Source: Perna viridis (lineage: Eukaryota). Taken from it: a stretch of DNA of 64,000 bases. Positions 39,219 to 52,808 of the stretch are shown one piece after another; the first letter of the stretch is position 1, and the number at the start of each line of letters is the position of its first letter. The stretch lies in the NCBI GenBank assembly GCA_037379345.1, contig CM074522.1, positions 14,942,001 to 15,006,000 on the forward strand. The letters are read 5' to 3'. The position numbers were made by a program, and so were the translations under genes. The notes beneath the pieces were generated by a model. That model ran no database searches and had not been told where the DNA came from. It saw nothing but the letters and a program-made list of their open reading frames with translations.

Positions 39219-41290
39219 AAGAGTAATCAAGGGAACAGGTTATAGCGGTAATCAAAAGAATGTAATCCAGGGACAAAGACCAGACATGGAAAACGGACAT
39301 ACACAACAAAGAACATAAAGTAACTAAAATCATACATACAAAGTAACAAAAGCAAATGAGCAACTCGACTCCACTAAAAACTGGGAGCATGGACCAGGCG
39401 CACCGGTAGGGTAAGCGTCATCTGCTTTTCTAGAAACACCAACTGAGTTGCTCATAAAAAGACAAGTCCGAGGTAGACAAATGAGGAAAGGAAAACTATG
39501 ACCCGTTGAATAAATCAGTTTTCATGGTGCAGATGAATACACCATTACGATCCACGAGTTCATGATGACGACCATAAAACTTCAGTATTGATGACTTCAA
39601 TCTTGTAGCAACATAACCCTATTCCAGAAGCCTATTCGTTAGAGTTCTAGCGTGATACAAAAGTCTGCATAGTTTCGGCAAGCTCTGGCATAACGTATGA
39701 GTGATGTGAACGCTCCATACGCAGGTGCCGAAGGGATGTTGCCACAGATGAAAGGAAAGTTGACAATTCTGAATGAAAAGTCATCATGTTTGTCGTAAAG
39801 TTTGGTCAATACTTTTCCTTTACCATTGATTTCTAAGTATAGGTCAAGATATGAGGCTGACTTGACAGTGTCTGTAGTATCCTTTATCTCAGGTTCTTTT
39901 GGGTAGATGCAATGTATCAAATCCCCGAAATTAGGATTGTTTAAAGATAATAAGTCATCTATATAGCAGAAACTGAGATTGAAGGATCTAGCCAAACGAT
40001 ATTCTTTCTTTCTGATCAGATCGGCTTTAAAGTCAGCCTCACAAGAGTGAAGGAATAGGTCAGCAAGTAAAGGAGCACAATTTATTCCCGTTGGAATGCC
40101 GACCGTTTGTTGAAAAACACGTCCACCACACTGGACAAATATGTTGTCAATTAAAAATTCCAGCATTTTGTAAACATCTTCCTCTGTATATTTGGAAGAT
40201 GATATTGAATTATTTCTTACAAAGTATGAGGAATCTCTACCAAGAACTATATATTTGTATCTAGGTGTACCATCTTTTTTGGAAAAACAACGATGTATAA
40301 TGTTTTTAAGTCGGGATTTTAACTGAGTATGGGGAATAGAAGTATACAGTGTTGAAAAATCATAGGTTTCAATGCTATTATATTCAGATAATAGTCTTGA
40401 ACTGATTGTCTCCAAAAGATCTTCCGAATTTTTCAGGATCCACATTGAATTAATACCACTACGGGAGTAACAAGTGTTGTGGTAGGACTGCAGACCCTCT
40501 TTGACAGTTGTGAGTATAGAAGTTAAACGTTTTGAAAGAGGTTTGGTGGTACATTTTGCAGATCCAGCTATGAAACGTTGTTTGTATGGATTCTTATGGA
40601 GTTTAGGAATCCAGTACATAGACGGTAAATCACAATCATCGTCCTTCATTGGTAGAGAGACCAAAAGAGGATGGCATAGATTTATGGTTTTCCACAATCT
40701 CTTCTTTGGACAGAGTGGTAGCAGTATAGATCTTATCACTGTTATCATTTTCTACGTCTACCTCTGATGATAAACATTGGATGTAGAACGTTTTGCAGGC
40801 AAAAACAATGTTGTTTTGGGCTTTGTCTGCTGGTACGACAACATATTTGTCATGTATAGTAGACAATGTTTTTGCTACATCGGGGTCTTTGAAAACTGAT
40901 GTAGCTTTGGCACTCATTGACCTACTTAAAACTTTCATTCGTTTCAAATTTAAAGACCTCACGGCTTTTAACCACTCTGACAGAGAATCAATGTCTTCTT
41001 GTTCTCGTTTTATCCATTTTCTTGCATAGTCCTCGACGGCATCCATAAGAACTTTGAAGTTATAATTCCAATTTATGGAGCGTGGTTCACGGTACTTGGG
41101 ACCTTTAGAAAGGATAATACGCAGAGATTCGTTTTCGATAATGGTTTAAATCTCCCGTAACGGCGTGACCAGAAGGGTCATATTTGAATGGAGAGTTTTC
41201 ACTTTTCGCAAGAACAGTCAGGTGGTTTAGCCTTGAAGTCCTCAATCTCGAGGTTCTGCAATAGCCTTTTATAGTTGAAAATTTTGAATG
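39219..41290 (-). mobile_element. Penelope-like retroelement, 5'-truncated and frameshifted (probably Naiad-type)
   Basis: RT motifs LPSMYWIPKLHK, YDFSTLYTSIPH, QTVGIPTGINCAPLLADLFL, YIDD, SASYLDL, KLYDK, NFPF..NIP in ORF 39639-40748. Upstream frames carry GHAVTGDL and GPKYREP. Frameshifted coding ends at about 39496 with no GIY-YIG domain; 3' UTR follows. Confidence 0.88.
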
Positions 41291-41499
41291 CAAAAAAAAA
41301 TTTAAAGCAGGCCTTTAATTAATAAAGGCCCTGACATGAACATTAAACCACAATCAATTCAGCTTATCATTTTTTCCTGGCTATCAAAATGGTGCCTAAT
41401 AAATCCGGTCATCAGGTACTATAGATCTGGGGTGCTTCCTTTTGGAAGAGTCAATTTCCACAAATCTGTCATTCAATAAATAAAATTGTAATAACCTAA

Positions 41500-41630
41500 A
41501 TAGTACCCACATATATATAGAAATAAAAATAAATGAGAAACCCAGATTCCTCTTAAACTTGGAGTATGGACCAGATGCACCGGTAGGATAAGCGTCCTCT
41601 GTTTAAAAACACAACAGAGTTGCTCATAAA
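41500..41630 (-). mobile_element. second, diverged copy of the PLE 3'-UTR motif
   Basis: 41531-41630 aligns with 39355-39458 (tggaccag..gcaccggtagg.taagcgtc.tctg...gagttgctcataaa). Confidence 0.75.
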
Positions 41631-44600
41631 TTGTACCGTCCGCGTTTTGATACACCATGACAAATTGAACATGAGTGGGGGACATTTGTTAATGTTATAT
41701 AGTCCCTACATGAGTGGAGAAGGCTCCTAGCATTGGTTATAAATTCATGTATTTAATGGTGGTTACAATTTTTACTGCTCTAGAAGGTCTGGTTCGACAA
41801 AGGAAAGAAGTGTCTATAAAGAAGAATTTTTGCTCTAGCAGAACGGATTTAAGAGAACAAGTAGAGAACAGGTAACCAAAGAAAACAATTCTTTTGCAAG
41901 TAAAGTCCAAAAATGAGTTTATTTTCGTTTTTTTGTTTAGACACTTCCTAACACTTTAACAGATGTAGGGGGTTCACTGATCTGCATTGTATTATAACTA
42001 TAATGTACAGAAGGAATTTCTCTAAATTTGGAGTTTAATGTTCTGGCATCAATTCCACAAAAAGTCGTTGGTGTAGATTTGATTGCAAGTAATGACGTCA
42101 TAAAATAAAATAGCATTGTTACGTCATAACTTACGAGTAATTTTAAACTTACGACATTCAGTAGGGCAACCGGAAGTGCATTTTAGATCAAAAATGTGAT
42201 TCGTCCTAATGAGTGACTGTCCGCGACGTTTGGACCATTTCGTGTGTATTGGCCGTTCGAAAATGACGTTGAGTATGACACTGATTACTGTGTTACATCC
42301 ACTTGACGGAAAGCTATGATCTTTTCGCCATGGAAAATGTAGATCTTTTGAAAGTAGTCTTTCTACTTTTCTTGTCTAGATTTGAAAAAAAAAACATAAG
42401 ATTAATTAATTTTTTTTTCGTGCAAAAAATTACAGACACTTCTCCACATTAAGTGAAATTGACGCCTGATCGATTGGTGTAAACTGTTCAGGTTAGTTTG
42501 TATGACATGTTTAAACGTAATAGTCCAGGCAGTCTAGACAAATTTTACCCTTGATCGAAACAAACTGCAACAGAAGGTATTTACGTTCTAATCTACGGTA
42601 TTATGACCCAAAATAAACACAAAAAGTCTTTTAAAAAAAGTCTACCGAGAGGAAACCTTAAAATAAGCAATTTTCCTCAACCAAATTCGACGACAGTGGA
42701 TTTATTGATGATATACGGTCAGTGACAGTATAATAACACTTCAGCTCCGCCTACTTTCCTACCCGTGCATGAGCTACTTGAGGCCGAAGTGGATGGCAAA
42801 CATTAAAATTCGATTACTTAAATTGGAGATGAAGTTAATTTTGTAATAGTTGTTAACAAAATAATTCGATAGAATATTTGTTTAGATAATAAAATTATTT
42901 CCCTAGATGTATTTATACAACAATGACACAAAAAAGGAATATCTTTTTAATAGGACTGCTTTTTCCTTTTGGTTGTTGAGTATTTTGAGTTATTGATTTA
43001 TTTTTAAGCCGTCGTTGGAACTGAGGACAATATTATTATCACAACATGTTAAATATTCAGTAATGTTCAAATTTTTGTCATAGTCATTACTTATGTATAT
43101 CATATGTTTAATTACAATACAGTATTTTGATTTGGTTTGATTGTTCGGTTTGGTAGAGTGTATAATTCATGACTTCGCCCCTGGGCCGGGATTACCTACT
43201 TACGGTCGGCGTATGCAGTACACACGAGTGTTAAGCGAATTCACAAGGGGTCTGTGGATACGGTTTTGTAAAATAAATGTAAACACCCTGCACTGACAGT
43301 GTGATATGCATGTAATAAAAGACCCAATGCACTTTATATTCTGCGTACGTTCATAAATCTAAGTGTGTATCAGTCGGTATGCCTCTGTTTTCCGTGGTTC
43401 GTTTAACATACTTTCAGTAATCAAAAAACTATTTTTTCTTCTAATAAAAACGGGTCAGATATGTTTCATTCACATTAATGCTGTGGCCAGAAATGTTTGT
43501 ACATGGCCAGACTGAAATCGACACTAATCGTTTATATCAACTTTAAATAAATTAATAACTATTATAATTTTACATGTATCTAAACTTGGATTGTGATTAA
43601 TATTTGACACAGAATAATATAATATCAAAATCACACTATCACCTATTTTTTCGCAAATTCCTGAATAGTTTCAATAACAGTTTTCAAAGTCAATCCCTTA
43701 TTTACTTTTTGATGAGTTTAATACTGTGGTACAAATTATTAGAGTTCTATCCACTTAAACATTATAACATTGACTGTCTTGATTGCAGGAAAAAAGCTTG
43801 TGTACACCTTCCCCAATTGCCGAAAAAATCTATACAAGCCTTTTCGTTTGTTGTACATGTATGCTGTTTTCATTTCATTTCCTAGTTCTTCACATTATTA
43901 GTCATACTTCTGATAATATATACACGAGATTAAAAAAAAGGGGGACATAGGTCATTAAGGTCTTAATTGATCATAGTTCCATTTCGCGTTAACGTTTTTC
44001 AAATTATATTATTTTGGTACTTCTAGTTTGTATAAACCCAATATCTGAAGGTAATATTTATGAAAAATAAAGATTTGATATACAAACAAAAAAAAACTTT
44101 TAATTTTAGGTGGAGGGGCGTACACCCGGTACACCCGTCCTTGGATTCGTGCTTGCAGATTGAAACCGTTCTATTGGTAGTGAATCAAGATTTTTTAAAA
44201 TGTAGCGTAGAATAGATTATTCCGAAACCAAGGAGTTCAATATAAATCCTTGCCGAAACAAAAATAATTATATTTAAAGGAGTAAAAAAGCAGTCTTTGG
44301 TGGTCATATATATTATTACCTGGGGATGCATTTTAGATACTATTATGGCATTTCAGAGTCACCAATATTTTGTAAGATTTTGAGTCTCAAACATCGATGT
44401 ACAATGTAATCAGTCTTTTCAAAATGCGAATTGGGACTTAAATAGCTAAACATGTTACAATCTTGTCAGTGTGAAATTTAAGGGTGATTGTTTTTTTTCT
44501 GACTTGTACATATTAATATTATTTGCGTGTACACATTTGAATGATGGTGTATTGTATACCTATATACATAAAGGTGTGGCTTAGCACTCAAACCTCGATT

Positions 44601-46715
44601 GGCACAGCGAAAAGAGCATACACACGGCGTGCGGTTCAAACAAAAAATATTGGCCCGGTACCAACCGTTCCTGCTGCTGCGTTCCTGCTTATTCCACTAC
44701 AAATACTTGATGCTACTTCAACCGCTAATCATTTGCATACCTACATGTACCTATATCTCAATTGCATGAAGATTTATTGGTGTCTTCGGGAATATGCACC
44801 AACTCTTCAAACAATGGAACTGGATTGTTTGCATATTGAACTTACCCTGTATTGCATGGTACTTAAAATACTATGCATAGTTTCAAAGCAGTTATCTGAT
44901 TTGCACAATACCTAGCTACTTCGCCTGGCGGGGTATACAAACCCAAGATCAGAAAAAAAACAATATTTCAAAAAATATTTATAAAACACTTGATATATGA
45001 ACACAAAAAAATAAATAATCGAGAATGGCCCTTTTTATGTTTTTATGGATGATATAAACAGCGCACAATCCGATTATATCTACATATCCGTAAATACAGT
45101 ACATGTTTACAGACAATTTCGTTCAGTTTTCACGCAGTACATATAAATTTGAAATATTGTATAGGATTCAAAATGTAATTCCCAGTAAGCGGGGTCTAGG
45201 TTAATAATGATGTGGGGGGATGCATTTATTTTTTTTTCCTCATTTAAATAAATCTTCAAACTTAGATTATTAAACCATGTCACATATGTTACATAATTTT
45301 GTTATTACACGTATACACATGTAGGTACTGTTAATGTTTATTTAATTCTGTTTATCCCCTTTATAATTGAGAATTTAATCTATTTAAAGCAAAATGATGG
45401 GTATTTGGCAAGAATCGTCTTTTAAAATAAAACAAGCTGTCAATACCATATGTTTTTTTAGACTTGACATGTATACATTTTTGGGTCTGTAATGAGCGCG
45501 CCTTACGGAGATCTAGATTAGTAAATAATAGCAGAGCCAGCTTTCGTGAAATCTTACCGAAGAACTCGGCAAATATGTCCTACTACATGTAACAGCCAAG
45601 CGGCTGTATTAATTTCCTGGCTCATTCTCATACAAATGTACCCTATGTGGGTCTGAGAGTTCTAAACACTCTAAAGTAAGTCAACGTACCGATAAGTGAA
45701 ACAAATCTGGATCGGACCCCCCCCCCTTTTTAATGTAATATGACCCTCCCCCTGATTTTGCAATGCTTTAAATAAATGAGGTCATTTACTTATGACTGGT
45801 TTATTCGGTATACAGTATATTATAACAACTCTTAGAGAAAAGTAGATCGATATTCTTACTAATAAGTGTGTGATACTTTTATTCTTTTAGTGGTTTCCAT
45901 GTAACAAGGTTTTTTGTTCAGCATGCTCGCCAAGGGAACGCTCTTCTAACACTTTAAAATGTATTTTATAGTGCGTGAAACATGTGAGTGTTTAGAATAA
46001 ACAAAGCCGATGTAATTAAACGCGAATTGAATTAACTTAAAAATTGAGAGTTCAATAAATATCTTGCATTTATCGCGGAAGCGACTCGATTTGTGTGGTA
46101 GCACGTGCCACTTCTTTTATCTTTGCACGGTGTCGGCTAGCAACTTCCATTATCTGCAAACGCATTTCGCAGTTTGCAATCTTTTATTTGATGACTTTAT
46201 AAAAAAAAACTGTATCAAAACAAGTATACAATATTATAGAATACGGACATGGTAAATGGGTGTTTACTGGAGCTTTTAATTCTACAGAAATTTTTTTTTT
46301 TTGGAATTAGGTAAATATAACTTTTATGGATATATACAATGTACATGTATTTCGGTCAGTTTAGAATGCAAGTTAACTGTAAACAGAGTTCAGCACATCT
46401 TGTCGCTGGCAAGTTTTTCTTTCTACAATTACCCGACAAATTGATTACATGTATTCAATAAGATCTGTTACAGTATAATATTTTTTTTCAATCAAACGAA
46501 GGCATACTGATTTCACAAAATATGAATAAAATTTTATTATAACAACAAAATGTTTACTTTAATATATATATTTTTTAAATAAATGTAAATAATATTAAAA
46601 ATCAAAATGAAAAAAATAATTTTGATATATATGTATTTTTTTTTAAATACACATTATCTGTTGCCGCACCTGCTTGCATCGATAGAAATCAATTGTAAAC
46701 GACCGTTTGTGCAAC

Positions 46716-47060
46716 TTATACCCCCACTTAACAAGTGGACACATCGTCCGTCCGCCTGTCATTTCGGCAGGCAAAATATCGTCGGCTCCCAATATGACTT
46801 GAATGATTTTAAATTTGGTGTTAGGCTTTACCTACAACGGGCATACGTTGTAAGTGATTTTGGATTATCTCCGATATCCTGTTCTGTGAGCCTTTTTCAC
46901 TTTTCACCTTTTTAAATTTTCACTTCAAGGGCTCACAATTGATGGATTGGTTTTAAATTTGGTGGGTGTCTTTATATAGTGGCGCATACATACGACTTTT
47001 GGGGTGATGTCTGATATTAATTTCCTGTACAAGTGGCAATATACCTAGCGCGACAACGCA
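46716..47060 (+). mobile_element. degenerate DINE-1/HINE-like (Helentron-associated) element
   Basis: ttataccccc start with small hairpin, cgtccgtccg microsatellite, two internal repeats containing ttttaaatttggtg. Confidence 0.4.
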
Positions 47061-47629
47061 TGTAATCTGCATGTTCGAAATGTAATTTAGATTCGACCAT
47101 CAAATGATATATTTATTTATAAATATTTATTATTTCGTTCACATGCAAATACGTCACATTTTGTTGCGACCACTGTCTTTAGAATGAACGTTTTTTCGTG
47201 TTTTTTATTATTGCGACTGAAGTTCTGAAATAATACATTATTCCTTATAGCCAGACTATTACGTTTTTGTTGAGCATTTTCGTAAAGATGGTTTAATATT
47301 TTTTTTACAATCGAATGTTTAAAAATGAGAAGCTGAAATACAATTGCTTATTAACAAATACCCGTTATAATGTACTTTTTACTTATCACTTTTTATTTAC
47401 TTTCAGTAATCAATTAATATTATCATATATGATAAAAATCTTTTATTTTTATTGTATGCTAATTTGTTACTCACGTTAGCCTATTCACGTTCAAATTTTA
47501 CAAATTACCGCGTCTTTAAAGCATTTACTCCGGGCACTAGCATTTTCTCTTTACGAAAGGCGCCACCTACACTCGTGAAAAATTTAGGTTTCAAAAGAAA
47601 TTAATGACACATTTTAAACAAAATTAGTG

Positions 47630-47910
47630 AAAATTTAACTGGAACATCACCGAATTTAACCGAGAACAAAGTCGAATTTAATTAGGAACAAGTTCGAATT
47701 TAAATGGGAACAACCTCGAATTTAAATACGCTGTGTATCCTAATTTTATCGTACACACCGAATTTTATCGGGAATATCCGAATTTTAAATCGATACCCTA
47801 ATTTAATTTTTTTACTGTAATTTTAACGGAACAAGTCCGAATTTAACTCGGAACATCGATTTTAATATGTAAATCCTAAAAATTAGGTATTTCTCTTTTA
47901 AATTCGGTAA
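47630..47910. repeat. degenerate ~22-bp repeats of (c)cgaattt(t)aa in both orientations
   Basis: Recurrent ggaaca....cgaatttaa units; probably the interior of an old MITE. Confidence 0.55.
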
Positions 47911-49040
47911 AACGTGAAGAAATTTGGCATTTTTAATTATTAATGATCGATATCATCTATATATATTATTCCGCCCAAACAGGAGGTGCCACACAGGGAA
48001 CACATTATATAATTCGTATAGGGAACAACATTTCCCGTTTATGAAAATATTTTTTTATTGCAGTATAAACACAATATTGATTTCATATAAAAGGAATAAA
48101 TGGATTCAGCAAGAAACGAGTTACCCCATTTCTTCCCCCCATCCTTATATTCTTTTATGCGAAGTCAAGACGCTATTATTGTCTATATAAAAAGTTTGCA
48201 AACGTAAACAATACCAACTTAAAAAAAAATCAAAATGATAGTAGTGCCAGGAAATAAAAAAAATTAAAATTAAAAACTAACACAAAATTTTTATATATTC
48301 ATTATAACTATAAGTGTGTTACATATCATGGGCAGTATAATATGTGTAATAGTCATTAAGAAAAAATAGGGATTTTGAAATGCTTATTTTGAGTTTCCCG
48401 CAACTTGATTTTTTTAGATTTTTTTCTGTGTATTCATAGGGGAAAATGTTATGTGTTTGAATCAAAATATGTTCTGTTGCAATTTGTTTAATTATAAGAT
48501 ATTCATTTTGAATTTTGAACATAAATATTAACTAAAGGTGAAAACGAAACAGGACAAGCGGAGGAGAGAAATCCCTTACTTAGGACAGGCACAAAAAATG
48601 CTGCGGAGTTATTGTACTTTGACGTGATTACAACCTTCCCGCTTTAAAATATGGCCACCGTGGGAAAATATTGCCCAGTTAAACACACATAAAAATCTGT
48701 TCATAATGGTCTCGTGTTTCAATGGAAATAAAGAAACTGAATATAAATTACACAAACGTAAAAAGTAAGAACTACTAGCAGTTAATTGACATGCCAGTTT
48801 CAGACCAGTTTAAACCTACAAAAAGTTATGTCCCCATCGTATGTAAAATCACCCCTAATTCTACCTATGCGGGGTTGAGATTCACGGTACATCCATCATA
48901 AGTCAGACAAACAATAAGGATACAATATTTGCAGCCCAAGCATAAAGACAATAAAAGCAGTACATAAATTGATAGCAATAATAAACGAAGTGTAGTAAAA
49001 CAAGAAAAAAATAATGCAATGAAAAACAGGCTTGAAAGAA

Positions 49041-49563
49041 TGATTGATTGATTGTTGGGGTTTAACACCCAAGCAGCAATATGTCAGCTATATTCAGGCG
49101 ATGAACATGAAAGGGATGATAAATGAACATGAAATGATAATGGTGAACTGACAAAAAAAGGGATGGGACACAAGGATAACAGGGTCGACAAATTTTGATT
49201 GCCACAAGATAAAAGGGAGGGATGGGTAGGGTCGGGCAATTAAGCCTCCTGTGGCGGAGCGCAAAAGGTTCCTACTCCTATCGAATACCACAGCAGGGTT
49301 TTTTTAACGTGCAAGGACTAGGCATCTTTCCCAACAAGGTGCACCACTACGATTTGCGGTCAGGTTTTTCCGTATTATAGCCTGACAACCCCAGCATGTA
49401 ACATGCCAGGGTACCCCATTCCACCTCCTGGGGCACACAACCCAGCTGCTCTGTGGGCTGAGCATGCCCCTGGCTAGGTTTCTGAGCACTATTTAGTCGC
49501 CTTTTACGACAAGCTTAGCACTGCTGTAGGCCTATTCTTTTGACACCCGGACCTGCACAGAGC
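49041..49563 (-). mobile_element. SINE-like retroposon, full length (type B)
   Basis: (AATC)n tail; TSD ggcttgaaagaa 49029-49040 / ggcttggaagaa 49564-49575. Confidence 0.93.
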
Positions 49564-50408
49564 GGCTTGGAAGAAAGCAAACGCTAAGAATATCGACAGA
49601 CTCTGCAAGAGCACTTTTCAGAAAAACACAAATTTGAGTGAGTAGATATGAAATTCTTAATTAAGCGTCCGAGAGTTGGTCAACTCCTTGCCTTGTTAGG
49701 AGATTCTTGTGGTCCCGTATCCAAAACATCAGTTACTAAACCTGGTTTTCCTCGGACGTGGAATTTTAGCTATGCCCTAAAAACCTGAAGTTATAGAAAT
49801 AATTTTACAATTAACCAAATCATGTTGAAAATTTTGACCAGAATTATTGAATATTTTTAAAGTCTTTAATCCTATCATGGTTTTCAATCTACGTAATTTT
49901 AGTGATGATACATGTAGTTAAGATTTTTCGAGCAGAGCATTGAATTACTAGTTAAAGTCATCATATATAAACCTGAGTGCACATATTTTTTAAAATTTTG
50001 TTTGCGTTGTGTTCTGTGCAGAGATGTCATACTGGCTAGGAGACATTAGCTGACATTAGACGATATAAATGTAATGAGTGATAAATTGTTAAATTTAATT
50101 CCTGCAAATCAAATTATGCGGTATGTACAGTACATGTATATGTTAAACTGATACATGCACGTCATACCTATAGCTAGTCAATTCTAAAATACATTCCACG
50201 TATCAAGGTTTATATAGATTACAAATCGAACACACCCAAATCAGGCATGCTTTACTTGTCTTTCCAAGACGTGGTTCATTGATGGTAATTCATTCTTAAC
50301 TAACCCTCCAAGAGGAGAGGACGGAAAACCCTCCCTCAGCCTCTTTTTGAACTTATTTGCTGCTCTGTCTTTGTTCGTTCAGCTTAAAATCTATAGTAAC
50401 AACATATT

Positions 50409-50523
50409 TTACTTTTGTTTCATTTTGATTATTTTAAGTTCTTCGTTGTGTGTGTCCGTTTTTACAGGTCTTCATCCATGCATTACATTCTTTGATTTCC
50501 GTTTGGTTCCCTTGACTGCTCTT
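50409..50523 (+). mobile_element. isolated PLE 3'-terminal fragment
   Basis: Reverse-complement similarity to 39219-39350 (cattacattctttgatt...ggttcccttga.tgctctt). Confidence 0.65.
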
Positions 50524-51563
50524 TCATGTATATTCAAATATAAATGGGAAAGATGGTTGATGAACATGCACCAATTGCAGTGAAAATTATTTTGATGGCG
50601 CAATTTACCATTTTACTGTTATGGATCGCCCAGCAGGTCGATTAACTATACTGTTGTTAGCCCTCAGTAATACATTTAAAGCTTCATCATTTTAACGATT
50701 GACATGGTGGTTAAATGTTGGTTGACTTAAGGAGGTAGGCCTAGGGTAAGGGATGCAAGTCTTATTAAATGATTGAAACGTTTGTATTCTGCATTTTACA
50801 TTAATATCATGTAAGCATCAAAGTAACTTACTGTAACAGACTGATTTCATCCCTTTCACTGATTTCAAGAGTTATGTACCTCTGTGGTTTTACTAAAAGC
50901 CGACAACCGACGAAATGTGGACCGTTGGAATATTGGAAATCGCCGGTGCAAACTCCGGTCGCCAAGAAAAAAAAATAGAAAAAAATATATTGCAACATCA
51001 TTTTTAATGAAATTTATGTCCTGAAAGATCCTTATTGTTTCATGCTAATCCAAAAACAATGCATTTTATTACTACTATAATGCATAATTGTTGACTTAGA
51101 TCAGCGTTACGACTTATGTTTTGCTGAGGTAAATATTGGTACTCAGTCAAGCGCTCGGGTAATCTGGATGGAAGTGAATTAAAGCGAACAGGTATCGAAA
51201 TTAAGCTGAGCAAATTAAAGTAAATAGGTAACTTTCGAGGACACGAACTAAAATGATGTAAAGTTTTTAGGTGGAAAAATTTGAATGATGTCCAAACTTG
51301 GGCAAAAATGAAACGAACTAAGATCGATGACTTTTTCATACGTAACAATTGGACAAAAGAATCAAATTCTGAACACTTACAAGGTAAGATTTTTTTCTTT
51401 TTTAAACTCAAGGAAGGCTAGTACAGTGTCATGTTTATAAATGATGCTTGGCCAAGCTTGCCATCTTTCAAACCTTAAATAAAATCATCATATCTTTGAT
51501 TTTTATAACTGTTTGGTCCTCCAGAGGATTGGGAGATGAAAAAGTGCCTAGGCTAGGAGAAAT

Positions 51564-51702
51564 GCTGTTTTTTTTTGTTACTTTGTATGTAGTATTTTAG
51601 TTTGTGTTCTTTGTCATGTTTGTCTATTTTCCACGTCTGGTTTTTTTCCCTGGATTGCATTCTTTGATTTTCACTAGAATCTTGGTTCCATTGATTACTC
51701 TT
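51564..51702 (+). mobile_element. PLE 3'-terminal fragment inside the hAT intron
   Basis: Reverse-complement match to 39219-39355 (ttttgttactttgtatgta..ttttag...ccctggatt.cattcttt...gattactctt). Confidence 0.8.
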
Positions 51703-52808
51703 TCATTCTCTGCTTTCAGATCAAGGTACAAAAGAATCCACTGACAGTGGCCATACATGTAAGAATGAAACTACAGTTGAAACGACTCCAACAACCTCAT
51801 TACCAACACCAATCATTGCCACAACATCAAAACAAAGTTCAGATATCAAACAGAGAGACCAAGGCCTTTCACAAAGCGTGTTGAATCAAATGCAATACCT
51901 GCAATAAAAATATTTTGATGAAGATAAAATAGATTTCCTTCATAATCACCAGTTGTGTGTGTGTGGAAAAGGCTGTATGTACATCAGCAAACAAACAAGA
52001 ATTACAAAAATGCTTAAGAGATAAATTTCAACATCAGTGGTTAAATGGAGAAGCCTCCTTCTGCGAATCATCTGTACACTGGTGGCTTATCTATGAGGAG
52101 GGACCTGGAACATTTTGTCTCCTCTGCAAAGTTCACAATGTGTTAACATCCGGCAAAAATCATTATGTGACAGGAGGAAAAAGATTAAAAAAGAAAGCAG
52201 TTGAAGAACATGCAAAGACAGAAAATCACAAAAAAGCCATCACAACTGAAATGATGAAAAGAGTATCAGTATTCAATAAAGAGGCTACACAGAAAGAAAA
52301 AGTTGGTGAGAATGTTCAAAGAAAAGCTTTTTTAGCTGCATACTGGCTTATGAAGGAAGAAGCTTCAAATTAGAAGTTTATTCCTCTGATTTCACTTTTT
52401 GAGCAATCTGGGATTGAGTCGATGAAGTTTTTTTTTAATCACGGATCCCAGGGATCTTTACAAGAAATCTTCATGTGTATTGCAGAAATCTCAAGGAAAC
52501 ATTATTGAGCAAAGTGAATGCCTCTCCTGTATACAGCATCTTAGTAGATGAAGTAACAGATATTTCGGAGAAATGCCAAATGATAATCGTCATTTAGTAC
52601 CTCAATGAGTTTGGTAACCCTGTGGTTAATTTCTGCAAGTCACGTAATATGCTGGATAGTTCAGTAATGCTGACTGTGAAAAAATCCACATGGAACTGAA
52701 ATAAAGCATAAAAGAGATCACAGGAAGCAAGTTGTGTGGCTTAGTGACAGATGGAGCCAGTACAATGACTGGTTAGAACAACGGGCTAGCAGCCAGGATG
52801 AAAAAAGG

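Noticed and set aside
44541-44915. 124-aa ORF in the CpG-richer intergenic region
   Set aside because: No recognisable motif or exon boundaries.
48540-49780. Possible old PLE-related repeat hosting the 49041 SINE
   Set aside because: Only vague motif resemblance; boundaries and identity not supportable.
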